A program made the position numbers and the translations under genes. A DNA stretch of 63,575 nucleotides, counting the filler, from Octopus bimaculoides (lineage: Eukaryota), in NCBI RefSeq assembly GCF_001194135.2. It is 5 parts of 5 records of this genome, joined end to end, with 100 filler letters (N's around TTAATTAATTAA, not from the genome) between each part and the next. Parts side by side here need not be neighbours in the genome. Positions count along the whole stretch, not along the records: positions 9,472 to 28,827 come from NC_068987.1; 4 more parts are not named here. The stretch is one strand, 5' to 3'. Below are positions 13,256 through 23,744 of the stretch, piece by piece. Below the pieces are notes generated by a model. It worked only from the letters and a program-made list of their open reading frames with translations. It did not search any database and was not told the DNA's origin. Numbering within the stretch: the stretch's first letter is position 1; every line of letters begins with the position of its first letter.

Positions 13256-14285
13256 TATCATGGGGATGGATATACATCGATGTAACAGCTCTGACAACTT
13301 TCTATATCTTGATGTAATAGCTGCAACAAGTCTCATCGTGATGGCTAAACATTCAAATAACAGCTCAGAAACGTCATCATGATAGGAATACATTGATGAA
13401 ACAGTTCTAAAATATTATCAGTGATGATGATACATTAATGTATCAACTCTCAGAAGTAATCATACAAGTCATCAAGATGGCTATAGATTGATCTAATACC
13501 ATTAACAAGTTGTCATGGTGATGGCTATATATTGATGAAAGTTTTAACAAGACATCATGATAATGGACATGCATTGATATAACAGTCTAACAAGGTCATC
13601 ATGATGGCTATATGTTAATGTAACAGAGCTAACAAGTCATCCTCATTATGGCTGTACCTTGCGTAAGAGCTCAAACAAGTCATTGTCATACTGGTAATAC
13701 ATTGATGTAAATGCTCTAACATGTCAGCATGGTGATGCCTATACACTGATGTAACAGCTCTAACATGTCATCATGATGACATGTTAGACTCTACCAAGTC
13801 GTCCTGATAGCTGTACATTCGTATGAAAGCTATAACAAGTCATATACATTGATATAACAGCTGTAAGCAGTCACCACAGTGGCTAAACATTGCTGTAACA
13901 GCTCTACAAAGTCATCATGATAAATATACACTTATATAACAGCTCTAACAAGAAATCACAGTGAATAGTGGTGGATACACATTAATGTAGCAGCTCTAAG
14001 AAATCATCACAGTGTTGGTGATACATTGATGTAACGGATCTAACAAGTCATGTTGATGGCTATGCATTGAGATAAGAAATTATCAGCATGGTTATACATT
14101 AATGTAAAAGTGCTAACAAGTCACCATAGTTATTGCTATAAACTGAGTAAGAGCTCAAAGAAATCATCATGATGGTTATACATTGATGTAAATGTTCTAA
14201 CAAGTCATCACATTGGCTAAACATTAATGTAACAGTTCTAACCACTCATCATAGTGATAGCTACACATTGATGTCGCCAACAAGT
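13255..14285. repeat. Diverged ~41-bp minisatellite, consensus ACATTGATGTAACAGCTCTAACAAGTCATCATGATGGCTAT, ~24 units
   Basis: Recurrent acattgatgtaacagctctaacaagtcatcatgatggcta with substitutions and indels. Confidence 0.88.
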
Positions 14286-14576
14286 GACATCCAATGTCAA
14301 GACAATGCTGATTTGTTTCATCGATGCAAAAGGAATTGCTCACACAGAATTTATTCTTCCAGGTCAAACTGTTAACCAGACATTTTACTTCGCAGTTCTG
14401 AAATTTTTGTGAGATGTAGTGAGAGGAAAACGCCTCAACCTGTGGCAAAGTGGAGAGTGGTGGTTTCATCATGACAATGTGCCTGCATACACCGCCTTGA
14501 GTATGAGATGGTTTCTGACCAAAAATGGCATGACCCCACTTACCCACCCTCCCTAATCACCCGATCTTGCTCCCTG
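14286..14576 (+). mobile_element. Mariner transposase fragment
   Basis: SNVKTMLICFIDAKGIAHTEFILPGQTVNQTFY...WWFHHDNVPAYTA...HPP*SPDLAP. Confidence 0.9.
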
Positions 14577-16905
14577 AACATCTGCCACATACAAAAACTA
14601 ACTTCCTAGTTAACCTGCCTTTGATATTGCTGCACCTCTTATGTGTCCATAGCTTGCACAGGGTACATCTTATAGAGTTTCTACCTACGCCTTTTCTACA
14701 GATCGAGCAGAGCCATCTACCTGAAGGGGTTTGTGTTTTGTCTACCTTCCTACTTATTAGGACTTTGGTTTTAGCTAGGTTGACTTTAAGGCCCTTCGAT
14801 CCTAGTCCCTGCTTCCACACCTGAAACTTCTCCTCTAGTTCTGATAGTAACTCAGCAATTAGTGCAAGGTCATCAGCATAGAGGAGCTCCCAGGGGCATC
14901 CTGTCTTGAATTCCTCTGTTATTGCCTGGAGGACTATGATAAATAGGAGGGGGCTGAGGATAGAACATTGGTGGACTCCTACCTCTACCCAGAATTCTTC
15001 ACTGTACTCATTGCCAACCCTCACCTTACTGACAGCGTCTCTGTACATGGCTCGCACAGCTCTCACTAACCATTCTTCTATCCCTAGTTTCCTCATTGAC
15101 CACCAGATAAGGGATTGGGGGACCCTGTCAAAGGCTTTCTCCATGTCAACGAAAGCCAGGTACAGAGGTTTATCCTTGGCTAGGTATTTCTCCTGCAGCT
15201 GTCTTACCAGAAATATAGCATCAGTGGTGCTTTTCCTTGGCACGAACCCCAACTGCATCTCATCTAAACTGACTCACTCCCTAATTAGTTGGACTATGAC
15301 CCTCTCCGTGACTTTCATTACCTAATCTAAAAGCTTGATACCTCTGTAATTACTTGTATCTAAAGCGTCACCTTTACCTTTGTAGCAGTTGACTATGGTG
15401 CTGCTACACCAGTCATTGGGCATGGCTTCTTCGTGTATCACCTGGTTGGCAATACGGGTGACTAGGCTATAGCCGACACTGCCAGATATTTTGAGCATCT
15501 CTGCAGTGATTCTCGAAGGGCCGGGGGCTTTCCCTGTCTTCATACTCTTAATTGCTTTATCTACCATGGTACTGTCAACTCGGATAGCTGGTCCCTCTAC
15601 TGGGTCGACATTCGGCAGACTCTCTTTCTTCCATTCATTCTCTTTATTGAGCAATCTTTTGTAGTGGCGTCTCCAAACCTCTTTCTTTGTAGTCTCGTTT
15701 AGTGCAAGTGTACCATCATCCATGCGAACACATTTCTCTCCTACGACATCACAATTCTCTCTCACACACTGTCTTGCAACATGAAATACTTCAAGTCTTT
15801 GGTCCTCATGGCACAGAACATTGGCAAATTTTTTCTTATCTGCTTCCTCTCTGGCTAAATAAACCTGTTGCCTAGCTTCCCTTCTGGCAGTCTGATACAA
15901 TTCCCTGCTACCACCGTTCTTCCAGTCCTTCTAAGCCTGTTTCTTTTGTCTAATAGCCCTGTCTACCTCCTTGTTCCACCACCACGTTACTTTGGGTCAA
16001 GAGGGGACTTTACACCAGCCACAGATCTGGTCGTGGCTCTCAGCAGGTTGTCCCGCAGAAAACTCCAATTTTCTTCCACGTTGTATGATGCTATATCCTC
16101 TTCTATTTCGTCAAATGCTTCAAGTAACATGTCTCTAAATCTTTGTCCATTTGCAGGACCTTTAAGCTTCCACACCCTTCTCCTCCAAGCCAGTCTACTT
16201 CTGGGCACCCATTTTGCCTTGATCCCCGAAGTCGCTAACTACTAATCTGTGTTGAGGGGTACATTCTTCGCCAGGGAAGGTTTTGGTATTTATAAGCCGC
16301 CCTCTTTCCCTATTTCTGGTGAGGATGTAGTCGATTTCGCTAGGGTGTCTGCCGGAACAGTAGGTGACTAGGTGACAGGCAGGTTTCCTGAAGTTGGTAT
16401 TGCAAACCATAAGATCGTTTGCATCACAGAACTCTAGTAGTCTGGTTCCCTCCTCATTGCGGGAACCGAAGCCATAGCCTCCATGTACGCCATGGAAGCC
16501 CCTTGCATGACGTCCAACATGACCATTGAAACCACCAGCCACAAAGAGAAGGTCCCTGTCATTCGTCAATGAGGTAGTTTGCAAGAGGGTGTCGTAGAAT
16601 TGGTCTTTCAGCCAATCCAGTAGCCCCGGTTGAGGGGCATAGGCCAAGATGACGGTAGCTAACCTATGATGAAGCACTAGTCTAATCTTAAGTACTCTGT
16701 AACACTCTGACTACCTCGATTACCTTATCAACCCATTTCTCTGCTAGAACTATTCCCATGCCCCCAACCCCGTCAGTGTTCCCTGCCCAGAAAATCTTGT
16801 ACTTGTGTTCTTTGCCTGTGAGGAACCTAGCGGAATCTCCTCTCCACCTTACTTCTTGGAGGCAGCAGATATCGACACATCTCCGGTGGGAGGGCGGGTG
16901 GACCA
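14574..16905 (-). mobile_element. RTE-clade LINE: APE endonuclease + RT + Cys/His finger, frameshifted, 3' end lost
   Basis: VDICCLQEVRWRG, YAPQPG, GGFNGHVG, IDYIL, QHRLVV, GKAPGP, NYRGIKLL, FVDMEKAFDRVP, GVHQCSILSPLLF and LLYADDL. Confidence 0.95.
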
Positions 16906-17774
16906 ACAGCCAAGAGAACTTCGTCGTAATTCTGTCAGCAGAGAGATTGGAAGACGATTAGGAGAAACTGCTTATATAGAGCTAGGGTCCCGTAGGAATC
17001 GAGGATAGAGAGGGGGAGAGAGGAGTGATTCAGAGAGAGAGAGAGAGAGAGAGAGANNNNNNNNNNNNNNNNNNNNNNNNNNNNNNNNNNNNNNNNNNNN
17101 NNNNNNNNNNNNNNNNNNNNNNNNNNNNNNNNNNNNNNNNNNNNNNNNNNNNNNNNNNNNNNNNNNNNNNNNNNNNNNNNNNNNNNNNNNNNNNNNNNNN
17201 NNNNNNNNNNNNNNNNNNNNNNNNNNNNNNNNNNNNNNNNNNNNNNNNNNNNNNNNNNNNNNNNNNNNNNNNNNNNNNNNNNNNNNNNNNNNNNNNNNNN
17301 NNNNNNNNNNNNNNNNNNNNNNNNNNNNNNNNNNNNNNNNNNNNNNNNNNNNNNNNNNNNNNNNNNNNNNNNNNNNNNNNNNNNNNNNNNNNNNNNNNNN
17401 NNNNNNNNNNNNNNNNNNNNNNNNNNNNNNNNNNNNNNNNNNNNNNNNNNNNNNNNNNNNNNNNNNNNNNNNNNNNNNNNNNNNNNNNNNNNNNNNNNNN
17501 NNNNNNNNNNNNNNNNNNNNNNNNNNNNNNNNNNNNNNNNNNNNNNNNNNNNNNNNNNNNNNNNNNNNNNNNNNNNNNNNNNNNNNNNNNNNNNNNNNNN
17601 NNNNNNNNNNNNNNNNNNNNNNNNNNNNNNNNNNNNNNNNNNNNNNNNNNNNNNNNNNNNNNNNNNNNNNNNNNNNNNNNNNNNNNNNNNNNNNNNNNNN
17701 NNNNNNNNNNNNNNNNNNNNNNNNNNNNNNNNNNNNNNNNNNNNNNNNNNNTTTAGAACAAAATTGAAGACAGC

Positions 17775-18180
17775 AGTGCTTAATCGTGAGTTTTAAATGC
17801 TTAAATCAGTAACATAGTTAAAAGAGACTGCAATGCTTAAATCGTAATTTTAAAGGAAGAGAAGGAGCGATCAGTAACATAGTTGAAACAGACAGCAAAC
17901 GCTTAAATCGTAATTTTAAAGGAAGGAGCGATAAACTTGAATAATGTAAAGAAAATAAATAAGCATGAATTTAAGACAAAACAGAGATTGAGTGTTGTTA
18001 CATGGAGAGAAATAATCACCAGTTTAAATGCTTAAATCAGTGACATAGTTAAAAGAGACAGCAAATGCTTAAATCGTAATTTTAGAGGAAGGAGCAATAA
18101 ACTTGAATAAAGTAAAGAAAATAAATAAGCACTTATGTAAGACAAAACAGAGTTCGAGTAATGTTTACATGGAAAGAAAG
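17775..18180. repeat. Nested tandem duplication (~170-bp unit built from a shorter aaatgcttaaatc subunit)
   Basis: gcttaaatcgtaatttta.aggaag occurs 3 times and aaacttgaataa.gtaaagaaaataaataagca twice. Confidence 0.8.
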
Positions 18181-18373
18181 ATAGATAATGAAGAATTGGT
18201 CGGGGTGGGGAGCGCCAAGATGGATAATATGGAGGGTGGAAGTAAAAAAAAATTGTTAGCTGTTCATATTTTGGAGAACGTCGTCGTAATTCTGTCAACA
18301 CACACATATATATAAATATATATAAACGTATATATATTTCATGTGTGTTGCGAGTGTGTATGTGTTTGTGTGC

Positions 18374-18424
<51 letters not shown>

Positions 18425-18561
18425 CATAGTCTTTTACTATATTGTAGGGTTGAGCAAAGCCTTGAGTAGATTTACTAGATGGAAACTGGAAGACCTCCAT
18501 ATATATATACGTGTGTGTGTGCACATATTTTTTATTTAAAGGTCACAATACATGTACTAAA

Positions 18562-18614
18562 GCACTACTAATAGTTTCATATCTTGAAAAAACTCAAACA
18601 TATTCTTTAGGCAC
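18562..18614 (-). ncRNA. Minimal type I hammerhead ribozyme motif, mutated core (CUAAAGA)
   Basis: Minus strand reads gtgc-CTAAAGA-atatgtttgag/ttcaagatat-GAAAC-tatta-GTA-gtgc, downstream of the PLE ORF in the sense orientation. Confidence 0.65.
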
Positions 18615-19363
18615 AAACCACATATCATAACGAACTAAAGAAATTAAATCATAGAAGAAAAGCGAAAAAAAAATGAGAAGGCAGCATATAAAAAATGCAG
18701 ACAGTAAACAATGGAAAATGGAAAACAGAAAATGAAAAACAAACTAAAATATAGAAAAATAAAAGTAAAAAGGTAAAAGATCCATCCTCCTTAGACCTTA
18801 AATAATAAAGTTGGAAGGATACCAAGTCAGTCAGGAATAGGCAGAATTTTACAATTCTTCAAACTATATTTATATATATATGCATGCAACCATTGAAAAT
18901 ATCTGACCTGGAGCACAATAGAGAGTTAGGGATCTTAGATCTGAACAGGAGCTGCGCTTTTTCAGCCAAACAAAGTCTACATTTATTCAATCCATTCACA
19001 TAAGGTACAAATTTCTCAATTACTTTCCATTTAATCACATGCAGTGTTTCATTATCTTTCACAGTCCATACAAAGCTAGCCAACTTAGTAGCTTTATTTT
19101 TGTCCCTATGTTGGAAAGAGGCTATGTGATTGGCATCGTGATTTTTAAATTCACCTTCGCATAATCCAATATAAGTCTTATCAGCTGTATTATTATTTAG
19201 GGTTGCAGTAACTTCTGCCTCGTATACGATGGATTTAGTCTACTTTTTAATTTTTACATTTTAGTTTCTGTTTTGCATTGTTTACTATCTGTGTTTTCTA
19301 TATTCTGCCTTCTCAGTTTTTACGCATTTCTTCTATTATTCAATTTCTTTATTTCGTTATATA

Positions 19364-19410
19364 TGAAGAATATGTTTGAGTTTTCTCAACATATGAAACT
19401 ATTAGTAGTG
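19364..19410 (+). ncRNA. Hammerhead ribozyme motif in the inverted PLE repeat, 5' strand of stem I deleted
   Basis: (a)TGAAGA-atatgtttgag-tttt-ctcaacatat-GAAAC-tatta-GTA-gtgc. Confidence 0.6.
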
Positions 19411-20264
19411 CTTTAATACATGTATTGTGACCTTTAAATAAATTATATTAATCTCTCACCAGATGGAGTACTGTTTTTGTTGAATTTTCTATTACGGATC
19501 AGTACATGATAAATATCTTTTATAATATATAAAATAAAGATATGTGCATATTCACTGTTCACACGAAAATGGCTTCACCAATTGCTTTCATACTTGTAAT
19601 GCATGAATAATTTGACCTCAGACAAATAATAGGCAGTTCATTTGATTTTTTATTAAAAATTATCAAAAGTAAAAAATACAGTCATGCCTTTGAAAGTTTT
19701 TACAATATTTACATCCAGTTTTCTAGCGCCAGTGATGTAACATATCTCTTTATGTATATCTCTCTATCTCTGTCTCTCTATCCATATCACTTGTCTTCAC
19801 TTTCATTTCTCAGCTGCTATTCTTTGCACTTTCAATTTTCATACACCATTGTTTAACTTCCATGTTATTGGTTTCACTGTAAGTCTAAGTTTATAATCGC
19901 TATTTACAAACAACAAATTATTGACAGTAAGAAGTTCACAATTACTGATGTAAGTTATTTCATAATTTACAGACATAAATATCTTCATAAATTTCACTTA
20001 AATCCATACAGTTTTGTCTTATTCTGTTGATGACGGTTTCTTTCTGGTTCCTTCGATACTGGCATTTTGGTTCACTGAGTAACAAATTTTGCTTCAATCT
20101 GTACAATACTTTATTTTCCGTTAAAATTTCTTATTTACTTTCTGCCCGTCGTATTAAGAAACATAATTTCTGTTACCAAGTTATTTTCATTGTTTACTAT
20201 CTTCTGCACTATTTCGTGTATTTCTATATACATATGTAACTTTGACTAGAAGGAAAGTGTCAAA

Positions 20265-21268
20265 TTTGTTGGCAGAACTATAGATTTCTGCTCCACCCCC
20301 ACTCCAATTTCGATGATCATAACTTTCAGAAAAATGGATATTTTTAATGAAATTTTCTACAAATATGTNNNNNNNNNNNNNNNNNNNNNNNNNNNNNNNN
20401 NNNNNNNNNNNNNNNNNNNNNNNNNNNNNNNNNNNNNNNAAATATACCTCAGACTATGTAAATTCCAAGGACTTAGGAATTTGGAGGGAAAACAATTGGG
20501 GGTTACTTTTGAGAACTGTTCCCCACTTAGGGGTGTTTCGGAACAAGTCATCCATATTTGTTTCGTTTTCTCCATTTTGTGTGTTTGTGCATCCATAGAT
20601 TTCTACTGAAGAAACAAAAAGGCAATGAAGGCAAATGAAGCCCTCAGCAGAAAACTCGTTATGCTAAAACTAACATCCGGGACATAGAAATATGTTATTA
20701 AGACTACTTATTTGTTGCATACAATTTTTTTTTTACTTTAAGTAAATTCCCAAGTAAATGTTTCTAATAGAAAGGCAGAAGACACCAGAAGCAAAAATAA
20801 GGAATGTACATGCACAGTTGAATATAGAAGTGTGAAGTATAATTTGTTACATAATCTCTATAATAAGCATAATATTGAATGGAATAAGTCCTTGTTTGAA
20901 CTTTTTAAATTACATTTGTGTGTAATTACAAAATGGATAAAATGAAGCAAATATGGACAGCTTGTTCTGAAACACCCCCAAGTGGGGAACACTTCTCAAA
21001 AATAACCCCCAATTGTTTCCCCCCAAAATTGCTATGTCCTCGGAATCTACATGGTCCAAGGTATATTTGTAGAGAATTTCATTAAAAAATATCCATTTTC
21101 TTGAAAGTGAAGACGAATTGAAGTGGACTCCGGTAAATTTTCAGAAATTCCCCACCCATGATATAACATATTCGTAGAAAATGTCATTAAAAAAATATCC
21201 ATTTTTCTGAAAGTTATGATCATCCAAAGTCCGGGGGTGCACAGAAATCTGTAGTTATGCCAAGTTGT
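20265..21268. mobile_element. Foldback/MITE-like palindromic element, copy 1 (~450-bp modular inverted arms, short spacer)
   Basis: Left end ggcagaactatagatttctg matches right end cagaaatctgtagttatgcc. gatgatcataactttcagaaaaatggata and its reverse complement lie at opposite ends. The left arm is partly N. Confidence 0.8.
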
Positions 21269-21299
21269 CTACAATATCAAGTTCAGTCAAAAGAATGTC

Positions 21300-22797
21300 T
21301 CTGTCCAGGGAAAGAGAGATAGCTGCAGAAAGGGAAGATGCCAAGAAACAAACAGACTGTGTACTATAAAATCAGAACATCTCAAAGTGATGAACAGAGG
21401 TTATGCATGACTGACAAAGAATAGTATCTCCACTGCAGAACGAAGAGCAGTTGCAACAGCTCAGAGAAGCAACTTCTACAAAAAAACTTTCAATTATGAT
21501 CCAGCAGTACATTATGCAGATGACACTAGAGTTTCCATTGGTGCAATGACAACTGAGTGCATACATTGTAAAGCAAAGAAGTAGTCTGGAGAGACACCTG
21601 CACTGTGCTGCTGTGGTGGAAAGGTTAAACTCCCTGCAATCACCCAACCTCCAGAACCATTGAAGAAACTGTTGTCATCAACTGACCAAGAATTCAAGCA
21701 CTTCCAAAACAAAATTAGACAGTACAATGCTGCACTACAGATGACATCATTTGGATCCACAAGAGATATAACTGAGCCAGGATTCATGCGAACTTTCAAG
21801 GTCCAAGGTCAGGTTATCATCGGATTGGCTCTCTACTCCCTCTGTGAAATGAATCACCAAAATTCCTTCAAATATATTTTCTGGGTGATTCTCGATAAGA
21901 AGGGCAAGAGAGGTGCAAGAACATTTCCGGCATCAGGATGAATATTGTAGTGTCTCTGCAAAAGATGCTGCATGACAACAACAACCTGATCAGAAGCTTC
22001 AAGACTGCACTTGAAACAATTCCACCTAACTCCAAGGTAGTTATCAGATCAGACAAGAAACCATCTGGTCAAAATGGATGTGCCAACAGCAAATGAAATA
22101 GCTGTGCTTCTGGTTGGGCAAGAACATGACAAGCATGACATTGCCTTCCATCTCAGAGACAGCACATTGACACAGTCCAACTAAAAATGGAAGCTCCCAA
22201 AAATACCACACTCACAGCATTCTTCCAGCTCTGTCAAGATGATGGATTTACTACAAGAGTGTTATACAATGAAGTTCTACAATTTTATACCTGGTACCAA
22301 AACAAATGGAAAAGACGTGCACTTGGAGCACCCACATCATTTACAGCCTTATGTACAGTTGACAACACAATATGTCAAACATATCGCCAGGCTTGCCATC
22401 TCAGAGGTCTTCTGGAAGATGATGCACACTGGGATGCCACTCTGACAGAGGCACAAATGTGCAAGTCTCCTATGCAGCTGAGAAACCTCTTCTCCATCAT
22501 GGCAACATGATAGGTAAGAATGTCTTCATTCCAAGGATACTGGTCATCTCAAATGATCTCCCTTTTCATTACAAGAGACTGCAGTTTCCTGTCAAACTTA
22601 GTTTTGTAATGTCTATCAACAAAGCAAAAGGTCAATCTCTAAAGGTGGTGAGACTTAACCTCCTTTAACCTTGCTTTTCAAATGGTCAGCTGTATGTTGG
22701 ATGTTCTAGAGTTGGAGATGAAAAGAACCTCTACATTCTCAGTGATAAACATGGCAAGACAGAAAACACTGTATATGTAGAAGCACTTACATGAATA
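21300..22797 (+). mobile_element. Internally deleted Helitron (RepHel N-terminus, post-Rep segment and Pif1 helicase C-terminus)
   Basis: CCCGGKVKLP..PPEPL, IRQYNAALQMTSFG, TFKVQGQV, TTLTAFF, YRQACHLRGLLEDD.HW, KRLQFPVKLSFVMSINKAKGQSL, GQLYVGCSRV and NTVYVEAL. Confidence 0.93.
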
Positions 22798-23174
22798 GTA
22801 GGTCCATGTCATATACAGAAGTGTAAAACCATTGAGTGTTAAAGCATTACTATTACACTTTCACTTTTCAACTGACATGCATGAATGTATATCTGTGTAT
22901 AAAAGTGAAACAGTAACATGATATATTCGCTGTCTGTTTGTTTGTGTGTGTGTGTGTGTGTACTCTACGCACGGCCTACCATTGTTTATAATCCGTACCT
23001 GTTTTTGGTTACGAAATAAGATAGACAAACGTGTAATTACTTTATATACATATATGGGTCGAAAACTTTCTTTTCACATTTCACTTAATGTCTATGTTCC
23101 ATGTTGGGATGGGTTGCAGAGTTACGTTCAAAGTTGGTATCTCAACTACTAGCAGTTGAGACCTGCGTAATCTA

Positions 23175-23382
23175 CAGGGTATCCACAAAGTCTGGGTACA
23201 TGGGGATTAACACATACTTTAAGAAATTATTATTTCTTATATTTAATTGTTTATGTTATGATTTTATTTACTCCATATACCCACATGGGGATTAACACAT
23301 ACTTTAAGAAATTATTATTTCTTATATCTAATTATGTTATGATTTTATTTACTCTATGTATCCAGACCTTGTGGACACTCTG
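23175..23382. mobile_element. Tc1/mariner-type MITE with TA TSD and an internal ~85-bp tandem duplication
   Basis: TA-cagggtatccacaaagtctgggtacat ... atgtatccagaccttgtggacactctg-TA. Confidence 0.88.
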
Positions 23383-23744
23383 TAGACAGCAACTTTGAAT
23401 TTCATGGCATCACTGGATATTTCTGCTAGTATATATATATAAAGATTACATGTTGACCTCTCTCTTTATACCAGCAAACTTTGGTATGAAAGTAATCTCT
23501 CAATGTATATTTTCCCTGATGATATTTTGCTCATATCTTATAAATGCAATTTATTTAATGATGATGATGATATATATATATATATATATATACATATCAA
23601 TAGCAATTGCAGCTTCAAAGATATTTGTTAGCCATTCAAGGAAAACAAAAAAACCATTAGATTCACTTCAACATTTAATTTTCAAAAACAATTGCAACAT
23701 GGAAGATGTTTGTAAGCCATTTAAGAACACACAAAAAAACCATA

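Larger units (their letters stand above)
18533..19500 (-). mobile_element. 5'-truncated Penelope-like element: GIY-YIG endonuclease (18859-19239) flanked by inverted terminal repeats
   Basis: SIVYEAEV...KTYIGLCEGEFKNHDANHIASF...WKVIEK..PY..G..KCRLCLAEK...SRSDIFNGCMH. 18533-18780 is an inverted copy of 19243-19443. Confidence 0.92.

Noticed and set aside
13255-14285. CRISPR-like array
   Set aside because: Contiguous diverged monomers with no unique spacers, no cas genes, and a eukaryotic context.
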